DNA from: Candidatus Kapaibacterium sp.
Lineage (GTDB): Bacteria > Bacteroidota > Ignavibacteria > Palsa-1295
Reading direction: 5' to 3'
Length of the DNA stretch: 64,000 nt
Assembly: GCA_038210275.1 (NCBI GenBank)
Contig: JBBQWV010000016.1
Coordinates: 5,447-69,446, forward strand
The notes beneath the pieces are model-generated. The model ran no database searches, was not told where the DNA came from, and worked only from the letters and a program-made list of their open reading frames with translations. The position numbers and the translations under genes are program-made. This document shows, one piece after another, positions 55,529 to 64,000 of this stretch. How positions within the stretch are numbered: position 1 is the first letter of the stretch; each line of letters begins with the position of its first letter.

Positions 55529-56902
55529 ATGCGCCCTTTTGCTATTACAATGAACGTCGAGATCAAACCCGATACGACTTCGATAAGAGTGCAAACTTCT
55601 GCACCGCGCCCCATCACGCTTCCGCCGGATAAATCTATTTTCCACCGCCTTCTCATTATCGGATCGCTGACAAAATCGAACATCCGAATTCCGATCAGTT
55701 CGATCGAAGATATACCCGTTGATGTATATGCAACGATCTTAGCGCTTCAATCACTTGGAGTGCCAATCGAACTATCCAGAAGTGAGATCGAATTACAGGG
55801 TGTTGGACTTGGCGGCTTCCACGCTCCGAAATATCAAATCAATTGCGCAAACTCCGGTACAACTGCGCGGCTTCTTATGGGGTTACTCGGAGGACAAAAC
55901 TTCTCTTCAAAATTAACCGGTGATGAATCGCTTTCGAAACGTCCGATGAAACGTCTTGCCGATCTTTTGAATAATGGACTCGGTGCAGATATTGTTACAT
56001 CAGTTGATGGGAGTATGCCGATAACAATTAATGGAAAAGAATTGCATTCCGGAAATTTCACACTTCCTGTAGCATCAGCACAAATGAAGTCCGCTGTGCT
56101 TCTTGCTGGATTACATTCAAACGGGGAAGTTTCTGTAACCGAGCCGCAGCAGAGCCGCGATCATACTGAAAGAATGCTCAAAGCTTTCGGCGCAGATATA
56201 AAAATTGAGGGAAGAACTTCGGTCATTAATTCTAAAAGCACTCTCATTGAAGATGAATTTACGTATCATGTTCCCGGAGATATTTCCTCTGCTGCGTTTT
56301 TGATCGCTGCTGCAATTATTGCAAGAAGAAATATAGTGCTTTCGAATGTTGGCTTGAATACGACTCGAAAGAAATTCTTAGACATTCTTTCTACAAGCGG
56401 ATTAGAAATTGACATATCTGCTGTCAGAGATGAATGGGGAGAAGATCGTGGCAGGATCGAAATACTTGCAATGGAAACATCACCCACTAAGCCATTCCAA
56501 TTAGTTGCTGAAGATATTCCTTTGCTCATTGATGAAATTCCTATTCTATCTGTACTCGCTTCATTTTGCAACGGCGCGACAACTATTTTTCATGCAGAGG
56601 AATTGCGGAATAAAGAAAGCGATAGGCTTGCTGCAATAATTAAAAATCTTCGCGCATTCGGAGTGCTTGTCGAAGAAAAAGATGATGGGTTTGTGGTCTT
56701 TGGTGATGTTAACTTTATTCCAAAAGGTGGTACTATCGAACATTTCGGTGATCACCGCATTGCTATGGCATTTGCTATTATGGCGTTTCGAGCAAAAGAC
56801 GCCGTGACCATTTCCGATGCATCGGTTGTTTCTATATCTTATCCCAGATTCTTCGAGGATCTGGCACTTATTGTTGGTGCGCGGCGTATGAAGATCACGT
56901 AA
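55529..56902 (+). CDS. aroA: 3-phosphoshikimate 1-carboxyvinyltransferase (EPSP synthase)
   Basis: LPPDKSIFHRLLIIGSL, NCANSGTTARLLMGLL, DHRIAMAFAI. Size 457 aa. Confidence 0.85.
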   Translation: MRPFAITMNVEIKPDTTSIRVQTSAPRPITLPPDKSIFHRLLIIGSLTKSNIRIPISSIEDIPVDVYATILALQSLGVPIELSRSEIELQGVGLGGFHAPKYQINCANSGTTARLLMGLLGGQNFSSKLTGDESLSKRPMKRLADLLNNGLGADIVTSVDGSMPITINGKELHSGNFTLPVASAQMKSAVLLAGLHSNGEVSVTEPQQSRDHTERMLKAFGADIKIEGRTSVINSKSTLIEDEFTYHVPGDISSAAFLIAAAIIARRNIVLSNVGLNTTRKKFLDILSTSGLEIDISAVRDEWGEDRGRIEILAMETSPTKPFQLVAEDIPLLIDEIPILSVLASFCNGATTIFHAEELRNKESDRLAAIIKNLRAFGVLVEEKDDGFVVFGDVNFIPKGGTIEHFGDHRIAMAFAIMAFRAKDAVTISDASVVSISYPRFFEDLALIVGARRMKIT

Positions 56903-56904
56903 CT

Positions 56905-57810
56905 ATGTCAGTACTAAAAGCAGCATTATTAGGAAAAGAACTTTCGCATTCTGTTTCACCGGAGCTTCACCAAGAATTATACAAGATTCTTGGAAGAAAG
57001 TTTTCTTCTGATTCATTGGATTTTTTTTATAACGCAGTTGAGTGCGCTGAGGAATGCGATGTTGCTCAGTGGATAAAAACTGCTCCGACGAATAATTTTA
57101 TCGGAGCAAATATAACCTACCCTTATAAATCACTTGCCTCGTCACTTTCAGATCGCCGCGTTGGTGTATCTTCATTTATTGATTCTGCAAATTGTATCCG
57201 CTTTTTAAATGAGGGAGTTGTCTGTGCAAGTACGGATGGCGCAGGTCTTTTGCATTCGGTCTTGCGAAAGTATCCGACATTCGATATGGAGCGTTATCAT
57301 TTAGTAATTGTCGGTGCGGGAAGTGCTGCACGGGCAGTGGCCTATGCGCTTTGCACGAAATGGATGCCGCAATCTCTCACAATAGTTAATCGCTCAATTG
57401 CAAGTGCAGAGAGCCTCGCCGAGTTTTGTATTGCACAAGCGCCGGGACCTTCGGTTCGCGTGATAAATGCCAATGAATTTATTTATGACAAGCACGAACC
57501 GCGTTACCGATTAATTATTCAGTGCACACCTGTCGGACAAATAAATCATCCCGGCGATCTTTTAACAGGATTCGCATGGCATGAAACTGATTTTGCAATT
57601 GATCTGATTTATAATCCTCTTCAATCTGCTTTCCTGAAAAATGCTTCTCATGCCGGAGCAAAAACAATGAACGGACTTGGGATGCTGATCGAACAAGCGG
57701 CGCTCTCGCAAGTATTTTGGTTAACGGGTCTTTTAGCGGATGCTTCTCCATTATCCGAAACCGAATACGAATCTCTTGAAATAATTTTGACAAAAATACT
57801 CGCCAAATAA
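56905..57810 (+). CDS. aroE: Shikimate dehydrogenase
   Basis: N-terminal LGKELSHSVSPELHQ (substrate-binding SxS motif), Rossmann VIVGAGSAARAVAYAL. Size 301 aa. Confidence 0.8.
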   Translation: MSVLKAALLGKELSHSVSPELHQELYKILGRKFSSDSLDFFYNAVECAEECDVAQWIKTAPTNNFIGANITYPYKSLASSLSDRRVGVSSFIDSANCIRFLNEGVVCASTDGAGLLHSVLRKYPTFDMERYHLVIVGAGSAARAVAYALCTKWMPQSLTIVNRSIASAESLAEFCIAQAPGPSVRVINANEFIYDKHEPRYRLIIQCTPVGQINHPGDLLTGFAWHETDFAIDLIYNPLQSAFLKNASHAGAKTMNGLGMLIEQAALSQVFWLTGLLADASPLSETEYESLEIILTKILAK

Positions 57811-58991
57811 TGCCGCAGCTCAGGTATCTGACAGCAGGGGAGTCGCATGGCAAGTCACTTATCGGAGTGATTGACGGCATGCCAGCGGGCTTATCTCTCG
57901 AAGCCGTTCGAGATATTGATCCAATCTTGGCTGAGCGTCAACGCGGTTACGGAAGATCGCATCGTCAAAAGATCGAAAACGATAAAGCCGAAATTCTTTC
58001 CGGTGTTCGTTTTGGAATTACTACAGGTGCGCCAATAGCAATTCAGATCACAAATAAAGATTGGGAGAATTGGGGTGAGAAGATGTCCGTGCTTCCATCT
58101 GATGTTGATGTCAAATCCGTAACTATTCCACGTCCCGGCCATGCTGATCTTGCCGGAGCAATAAAATATCAGCAGTCAGATATTCGCAATATTCTAGAAC
58201 GAGCAAGCGCACGTGAAACGGCGATGCGTGTTGCTATCGGAGCAGTAGCAACAAAATTTCTCAGAGAATTAGGAATTGAATCTACTTCTTATGTAAAGTC
58301 AATTGGGAATGTCAGTGTTGAAGTTTCTAAAAAAACAAGTGATATAGAAAAACTCCGCACAATTCTTCGGACGTCCGAACTGCGAATGTATGATACAAAG
58401 GCAGAACAAAAAGCAAAGCTACTTATTGACGAAGCAAAAGCAAAAGGTGACACTCTTGGCGGAGTCATTGAAGTACAATTTACCGGGCTACCGATCGGGA
58501 TAGGGAGTCACGTTCAATGGGATAGAAAACTTGATGGACTTATCGCGCAAATAGTCATGAGTGTTCAGGCTGTCAAGGCAGTCGAGATCGGCGGTGGTGT
58601 TACTGTTGCAAGTATGTTTGGATCAGATTGCCATGATGCAATTGAAATTCAAGACGGCGAAATAATGCGAACCTCGAATAATGCCGGAGGAATCGAAGGC
58701 GGAATGAGCGATGGAATGCCGATCATAGTGCGCGCATCAATGAAACCGATCTCTACACTTATGCGTCCGCTTCAATCAATTGATCTTGCAACCGGCGAGC
58801 CTGCACCATCGCATATTGAGCGCAGCGATGTTTGCGCGGTGCCTTCGCTGGCATTGATCGTCGAATCGGTGGTCGCATTTACTTTAGCATCTGCTTTGCT
58901 TGATACTTTTGGTGGCGATACTCTTTCTGAAGTTCAAGAGCGAGCGAAGCTCCGACATAAACAAAGTAAATTAAAAAAACTTATTCATTGA
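57810..58991 (+). CDS. aroC: Chorismate synthase
   Basis: LTAGESHGKSLIGVIDGMPAGL, RPGHADLAG, ...SARETAMRVA... Canonical AroC signatures. Confidence 0.9.
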   Translation: MPQLRYLTAGESHGKSLIGVIDGMPAGLSLEAVRDIDPILAERQRGYGRSHRQKIENDKAEILSGVRFGITTGAPIAIQITNKDWENWGEKMSVLPSDVDVKSVTIPRPGHADLAGAIKYQQSDIRNILERASARETAMRVAIGAVATKFLRELGIESTSYVKSIGNVSVEVSKKTSDIEKLRTILRTSELRMYDTKAEQKAKLLIDEAKAKGDTLGGVIEVQFTGLPIGIGSHVQWDRKLDGLIAQIVMSVQAVKAVEIGGGVTVASMFGSDCHDAIEIQDGEIMRTSNNAGGIEGGMSDGMPIIVRASMKPISTLMRPLQSIDLATGEPAPSHIERSDVCAVPSLALIVESVVAFTLASALLDTFGGDTLSEVQERAKLRHKQSKLKKLIH

Positions 58992-60694
58992 CCTGGCGCG
59001 GACGACATATCTATCTTGTTGGTCTTCCGGGAGCAGGCAAATCCTCCCTCGGAAAAGAACTTGTTCGGCTTCTGATAAAAAGCGGATATGAATTTATTGA
59101 TCTTGATGAAGAGATCGTCAAGGCAACTGGGAAAACGATTGCTAATATTTTTCAATCTGATGGCGAAGATAAATTTCGTGAGATCGAGACGCAACAACTT
59201 CTGCTTCTCTCACAAAGAAATTTCGAGCAGCATCCTTGCGTGATTGCAACCGGTGGCGGGACTCCTCTCCGAGCGATTAATCGTTCGATCATGCGTGGTT
59301 CAGGCATAGTTGTGTGGGTAGATGTGACTGTTCGCCAAGCCGCAAAGAACGTAATGAAAAGTCTTTTAGAAGGAGAGACTCGTCCGCTCTTGAGAGCTTC
59401 GACTTCGGAAGAACTGACAGAAAAACTTCGACTCTTATTAGATGAACGAATGCATTTCTATGAGCAGTCAACGATGCATTTTGTGACTCGTAGTGCAAGA
59501 GGTGACGAGCGCAATCCACAAGAACTTGCGGATCAACTCTTGCAGGCATTGGAGCAAATGTCTCGTAGCATTCGGCTCCGTCCGCGTTTCGAAACATTTA
59601 TTGCAAGATCAGGCATGGGTGATTATCCTGTCGCTATTGGCAGCGGTATTGCCGCAAGCGAACTCGGTGCAAGTATTCGGGATATGAATGCCAAACGCGC
59701 CATCGTCATCACCGATGAAAATGTTGGGAAGCTTTATCTTCAAAAATTTTCACAAAAGATTATTAGTGAGCATAAGCGACAAATAGAGATTCATCAAATA
59801 GTTATACAGCCCGGAGAATTATCCAAAAACCGAGATACTCTTTTTGAAATTCTCGATACATTTGAAAAGCTTGCGCTCTCCAGGAAGTCAGACGTCGTTA
59901 TTAGTCTTGGTGGTGGAGTTGTTAGCGATATTGCAGGATTGGCTGCAAGCCTTTATCATCGCGGCTTGCAGCTTGTTCTTGTTCCGACAACATTAATAGG
60001 GCAAGCCGATGCTGCAATTGGAGGGAAGACAGGTATTGACTTTGCAGGTCATAAAAATTATGTCGGGACTTTCTATGCTCCACATCTTGTGCTCATTGAT
60101 CCGATATTTTTGAAATCGCTCCCGAAAAGAGAAATACATTCCGGACTTGCAGAAGTAATAAAATATGCATTGATCGGATCGCCAATGTTATGGCTGAAGC
60201 TTTCCAAATCATTGCGCAGACTGTTGCGTGGAATTGATTCCGGCATTGAAATAATTATTCGCGATGCAGTTCAGGAAAAATTACGATATATAAATGCGGA
60301 TGAATTTGAACGCAAGAATGGTGTTCGCGAACTCTTAAATTTCGGACATACATTTGCTCATGGATTTGAATTCGCTACAAATTACACCTCACTCCTTCAT
60401 GGTGAAGCAGTCACGATAGGAATGCGAGCAGCTGCTTGGTTATCAATGGATCTGGGAATGCTGAGCGAAGAAGATTGGAATAAGATAGAAGTTGTTCTAG
60501 GAAGACTTCCTATCCCCGTAACGCCTGAATGCACAACCGAGGAAATACTTCTTGCAATGCGCCGAGATAAAAAACAAATTGCCGGAAGTCATAGACTGGT
60601 GCTGCTCGAATCAATAGGGAAAGCCGTCATTCGAGAAAACGTTGATGAAAAGTTGATCAGAAAAGCAATAGATTTCGTTCTTTCCGTACTCTAA
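58988..60694 (+). CDS. aroKB: Bifunctional shikimate kinase / 3-dehydroquinate synthase fusion
   Basis: N-terminal P-loop IYLVGLPGAGKSSLGKELV (AroK-like, ~170 aa). This is followed by a DHQ-synthase region GGGVVSDIAGLAA...LVLVPTTLIGQADAAIGGKTGIDF...NFGHTFAHGFE. Confidence 0.85.
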   Translation: MTWRGRHIYLVGLPGAGKSSLGKELVRLLIKSGYEFIDLDEEIVKATGKTIANIFQSDGEDKFREIETQQLLLLSQRNFEQHPCVIATGGGTPLRAINRSIMRGSGIVVWVDVTVRQAAKNVMKSLLEGETRPLLRASTSEELTEKLRLLLDERMHFYEQSTMHFVTRSARGDERNPQELADQLLQALEQMSRSIRLRPRFETFIARSGMGDYPVAIGSGIAASELGASIRDMNAKRAIVITDENVGKLYLQKFSQKIISEHKRQIEIHQIVIQPGELSKNRDTLFEILDTFEKLALSRKSDVVISLGGGVVSDIAGLAASLYHRGLQLVLVPTTLIGQADAAIGGKTGIDFAGHKNYVGTFYAPHLVLIDPIFLKSLPKREIHSGLAEVIKYALIGSPMLWLKLSKSLRRLLRGIDSGIEIIIRDAVQEKLRYINADEFERKNGVRELLNFGHTFAHGFEFATNYTSLLHGEAVTIGMRAAAWLSMDLGMLSEEDWNKIEVVLGRLPIPVTPECTTEEILLAMRRDKKQIAGSHRLVLLESIGKAVIRENVDEKLIRKAIDFVLSVL

Positions 60695-60699
60695 ATTTC

Positions 60700-61125
60700 A
60701 TGAATATTCTCATCCTACATGGACCAAATCTCAATCTTCTCGGCGAACGCGAGCCGGAGATCTATGGCTATACAACACTTGCAGAAATAAACAGAGAGTT
60801 AGAAAAACGCGGTAAAGAATTAGCTGCGAATATAATAATTAATCAATCAAATCACGAGGGTGTCTTGCTCGACACTATTCACGAAAATAGAAAATGGGCA
60901 GATGCTCTTATTATTAATCCGGGTGCGTTCACGCATTATTCGTATGCGCTTCGTGATGCGATTGCTGCTTTTGCAAAACCAGTCATTGAAGTTCATCTAT
61001 CCGATATTACGAAGCGTGAGGAATTCCGAAAATTTTCTGTTCTTGATGGATTAAATAATGTCAGAAGGATTATCGGGAAAGGTGCTGACGGATATTATGA
61101 AGCATTAGAAAATCTAGTAAAATAG
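60700..61125 (+). CDS. aroQ: 3-dehydroquinate dehydratase, type II
   Basis: MNILILHGPNLNLLGEREPEIYG...INPGAFTHYSYALRDAI... Size 141 aa. Confidence 0.9.
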   Translation: MNILILHGPNLNLLGEREPEIYGYTTLAEINRELEKRGKELAANIIINQSNHEGVLLDTIHENRKWADALIINPGAFTHYSYALRDAIAAFAKPVIEVHLSDITKREEFRKFSVLDGLNNVRRIIGKGADGYYEALENLVK

Positions 61126-61127
61126 TT

Positions 61128-62003
61128 GTGAAGAAATATTTTTCATTTGTAAAGATAGAGCATACGCTTTTTTCTCTTCCTGTCATTTATGCAGGAATGG
61201 CGCTTGGCTATCTTGCGATTATAAAAAATGGAGAGGTGGCTCCCGAGACTGTATCGCTTTGGAAGATAGGCACGTGGATTCTTGCCGCAGCTACAGGTGC
61301 TCGAACAGTGGGGTTTGCGATGAACCGGATTGTTGATAGGCATATTGATGCGAAAAACCCGCGCACGGCTATTCGCGATCTACCGACGGGGCGAATGAAT
61401 ATCAGGCAGGCATATGGAGTATTGGTTGCCGGAGTTGTTCTTTATATTTTGTCTGCATCGCAACTAAATACACTTTGTCTTTATCTTTCACCGATTCCAC
61501 TTTTAGTATTTTGTATTTACCCGTTTTTAAAACGTTTTACTGTCTTTGCTCATTTTGGTGTTGGGCTTTCTCTTGCATTGGGACCGCTTGGCGGATATTT
61601 TGCAATGCGTCCGATTATTGATGCTTCAATTGTACCAATAATTTTTCTTACACTTTTTACATGGTTATGGGTTTCCGGATTTGATATTATCTATTCTACA
61701 AGCGATGAAGAATTTGATAAGCGTGAAGGACTTTTCTCTTTCCCATCGAAGTTTGGAAAGCGGAAGGCATTAAAATATTCTGGAGCTATTCATATTGTTG
61801 CGTTTACTCTTTTGATCGGATTATATGTTTCAGCATTTTATGGAAGCATCATCGTCGGAGTCTTAACGCTTGTTGCCGGGTATCTTTTGTATCTCGAACA
61901 GAGCAAAGCTGATGATGTGGAATTGGCATTCTTCAAGATTAATTCTATTCTGGGTTTCGTCATCTTTACTTTTGTAATAATTGGAGTTCAACTTGCCATC
62001 TAA
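61128..62003 (+). CDS. UbiA-family aromatic prenyltransferase (futalosine-pathway MqnP-like candidate)
   Basis: Polytopic protein with NRIVDRHIDAKNPRT (first Asp-rich motif) and DIIYSTSDEEFDKREG (second Asp-rich motif). Confidence 0.75.
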   Translation: MKKYFSFVKIEHTLFSLPVIYAGMALGYLAIIKNGEVAPETVSLWKIGTWILAAATGARTVGFAMNRIVDRHIDAKNPRTAIRDLPTGRMNIRQAYGVLVAGVVLYILSASQLNTLCLYLSPIPLLVFCIYPFLKRFTVFAHFGVGLSLALGPLGGYFAMRPIIDASIVPIIFLTLFTWLWVSGFDIIYSTSDEEFDKREGLFSFPSKFGKRKALKYSGAIHIVAFTLLIGLYVSAFYGSIIVGVLTLVAGYLLYLEQSKADDVELAFFKINSILGFVIFTFVIIGVQLAI

Positions 62004-62004
62004 T

Positions 62005-62589
62005 ATGGGAGATTCAAAACACATTCGCAAGCCACGTATCGCAGTCGGCATCACAGGTTCAAGCGGAGCGATTTATGCTCTCGATTTTTTGAAGCGCTAC
62101 CCTCATGATAAATTTCTCATCATGAGCAAATGGGGAAAAGCAGTGATGAAAGATGAACTAAAAATGCCTAATCCTGAGACCGCGCTCAAGCCCTATTATA
62201 AAAAAGCATTTGCTGATACTGATCTCACAGCTCCGCTTGCTTCAGGCACGACAGTTCTTGATGCCTTTGTCATCATCCCCGCAACAACTTCAACGATCGG
62301 AAAAATCGCGTCGGGAATTGGTGATACATTGATCACCAGAACTGCTGCAGTATGCTTAAAAGAAAGATACAAGATGATCATCTGTGTGCGGGAGACTCCA
62401 CTTTCGACTATTACTCTTGAACAATGTGCGAAGCTTTCGCAGCAAGGTGTGATAATTATGCCAATCTCACCGCCGCTATATTTTGTTCCGAAGACTGTTG
62501 AAGAATATGTACAGGGCTTTGTAAATAAAGTGTTGCAGCAATGCGGCGTGACCACAGGTAAAGGGTGGCGTTCGGAGGAAATGGTATAA
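62005..62589 (+). CDS. ubiX: UbiX-family flavin prenyltransferase (MqnL-like candidate). The 62005 ATG, right after the UbiA stop, is likelier than 61981
   Basis: PRIAVGITGSSGAIYALDFLKR...AFVIIPATTSTIGKIASGI... Confidence 0.8.
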   Translation: MGDSKHIRKPRIAVGITGSSGAIYALDFLKRYPHDKFLIMSKWGKAVMKDELKMPNPETALKPYYKKAFADTDLTAPLASGTTVLDAFVIIPATTSTIGKIASGIGDTLITRTAAVCLKERYKMIICVRETPLSTITLEQCAKLSQQGVIIMPISPPLYFVPKTVEEYVQGFVNKVLQQCGVTTGKGWRSEEMV

Positions 62590-62592
62590 CCA

Positions 62593-64000
62593 ATGGCAAA
62601 ACGTAACACGTTTCATTCACTTCAGGAATTTCTCCGTTATTTAGATAATGAAGGCGAACTCCAGCGCATTATTACGCCTGTTAATTCAGATCTCGAAGCA
62701 GCTGAGATTGCCGTCCGGTCAATGCGCGAAGGTGGAAAGGCATTAGTATTTGAAAACATCATCGGTTCGAAGTATCCTCTCGCAATGAATATTCTTTCAA
62801 GCGATAGAAGAATCGAACTTGCCGTTGGTGAAGATCCGAATGAACTCGGCGAAAAACTTTTGCACGTCGCTGAAGAACTGATGCCTCCTAAACCGGCAAA
62901 GCTTTATAATTTGCTAAAGCCGCTCGCTTCGAGAATATTTGGTTCGCGTTCTTCATCTTCCGTAGAATCTGCGCCGTCGCAAAGAATAGTTGAGCCTTCA
63001 GAATTATCCTCTCTTCCGATCTTAAAAACTTGGACCGATGATGCCGGAAAATTTATCACTTTGCCACAAGTCTTTACTTACGACCCGCTCACTGGCAAGC
63101 GAAATATCGGAATGTACCGGATGCAAGTCTTTGATGAATCAACGACTGGTATGCATTGGCAAATTCAAAAAGGCGGCGGCTTTCATTACTCTGCTGCCGA
63201 GCAAATGAATAAAATGCTTGAAGTTGCAGTAGCAGTCGGTACTGATCCCGCGCTTTTACTTGCAACGATCGCGCCGCTTCCTGAGGGATTAGATGAGGCA
63301 ATGTTTGCAGGATTTCTTCGAGGAGCCGCCACCCGAATGACTCGCGGAAAACGCATCTCCATTGATGTGCCTGCCGAAGCGGAATTTGTTATGGAAGGTT
63401 TCGTCCTTCCCAATGAGCGCAGACTTGAAGGACCATTCGGCGATCACTTTGGACACTATTCCCATGCAGGGATGTTCCCGATATTTCATATCAAAGCGAT
63501 AACTCATCGTGCGAATGCCATCTTTGCTGCAACTGTTGTCGGCAAACCACCGATGGAAGATAAATGGCTTGGCGATGCAACCCAAAAGATATTAGGACCC
63601 CTTGCGCGGTTGATGCACCCGGAAGTCCGCGACATCTGGGCTTTTTACGAAGCCGGATTTCATAATTTTCTTTCGATCTCTACGAAACAGCGATACGGAA
63701 AAGAGGCGATGAAGTCTGCAATCTCTCTAGTGGCAGAAGGTCAGCTTTCTCTCACAAAATGTGCAGTTGTTGTCGGTGAAAAAACAAATGCCAGAAATTT
63801 TTCTGAAGTACTTAAAGCTATCAAGGACAATTTCGACTCTTACTACGACTTTTTATTACTTCCCAACGTTCCGCTCGATACGCTTGACTTCACAAGCTAC
63901 ACGATGAATCTCGGCTCAAAGATGATCTTGGATGCAAGTCCGAAACTTGAATCTTCAGCAAGCGGCGGAAAATATCCACCAAGAGGTGAAAATGAATTTT
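62593..64000 (+). CDS. UbiD-family (prenyl-FMN-dependent) decarboxylase, 3'-partial at window end (MqnM-like candidate)
   Basis: MAKRNTFHSLQEFLRYLDNEGELQRIITPVNSDLEAAEIAVRSMREGGKALVFENIIGSKYPLAMN... The frame is open to nt 64000. Confidence 0.8.
   Translation, partial: MAKRNTFHSLQEFLRYLDNEGELQRIITPVNSDLEAAEIAVRSMREGGKALVFENIIGSKYPLAMNILSSDRRIELAVGEDPNELGEKLLHVAEELMPPKPAKLYNLLKPLASRIFGSRSSSSVESAPSQRIVEPSELSSLPILKTWTDDAGKFITLPQVFTYDPLTGKRNIGMYRMQVFDESTTGMHWQIQKGGGFHYSAAEQMNKMLEVAVAVGTDPALLLATIAPLPEGLDEAMFAGFLRGAATRMTRGKRISIDVPAEAEFVMEGFVLPNERRLEGPFGDHFGHYSHAGMFPIFHIKAITHRANAIFAATVVGKPPMEDKWLGDATQKILGPLARLMHPEVRDIWAFYEAGFHNFLSISTKQRYGKEAMKSAISLVAEGQLSLTKCAVVVGEKTNARNFSEVLKAIKDNFDSYYDFLLLPNVPLDTLDFTSYTMNLGSKMILDASPKLESSASGGKYPPRGENEF

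Noticed and set aside
1-64000. CRISPR arrays, rRNA/tRNA genes, transposases, integrases or prophage structural genes
   Set aside because: There are no regularly spaced direct repeats with unique spacers and no recognisable rRNA/tRNA signatures. I could identify no transposase, integrase, portal, terminase or capsid motifs in any listed ORF. The tail-fibre-like proteins stand alone without other phage genes.

Overview
The first ~25 kb of this 64 kb window is an accessory-looking cell-surface locus. It contains a 5'-partial OmpA-family gene, a T9SS-type secreted protein, a lipoprotein, and an ECF sigma factor with a translationally coupled membrane protein. After a 718-bp gap come three co-oriented paralogous secreted proteins with phage-tail-fibre-like motifs (~520, ~630 and 4,584 aa). 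The largest, 11003..24757, is one uninterrupted 13.7-kb ORF built from about twenty near-identical tandem modules, several still >90% identical at DNA level. This is the best candidate for an undescribed system: a σ/anti-σ-linked tail-fibre-like surface fibre or adhesin family with a shared C-terminal domain that is not the T9SS type-A CTD seen in the neighbouring gene. The remaining ~39 kb is dense core genome. It holds envelope glycan genes (GT2, S2P protease, GT39-like, two GT9 heptosyltransferases flanking an MsbA-like exporter, Kdo transferase) and rpsR-rpmB. It also holds ABC-F, a DEAD-box helicase, and a tight minus-strand operon of OMP, orphan β-class DNA methyltransferase, CN-hydrolase and RlpA. 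Further on are a TolB/OmpA protein, lipA, an amidase, yajQ and gcvP. The window ends with a contiguous aroA-aroE-aroC-aroK/B-aroQ cluster running into UbiA/UbiX/UbiD-like (futalosine-type MqnP/L/M-like) genes. No rRNA, tRNA, CRISPR, transposase or integrase was recognised. Non-coding observations are an exact 16-mer plus 12-mer motif pair upstream of two unlinked secreted-protein genes, a 99-bp element with 15-bp terminal inverted repeats plus a third half-copy 11 kb away, and an 18-bp inverted repeat bracketing a start codon. The gene content is consistent with an FCB-group (Bacteroidota/Ignavibacteriota-like) bacterium; this taxon call is inference.
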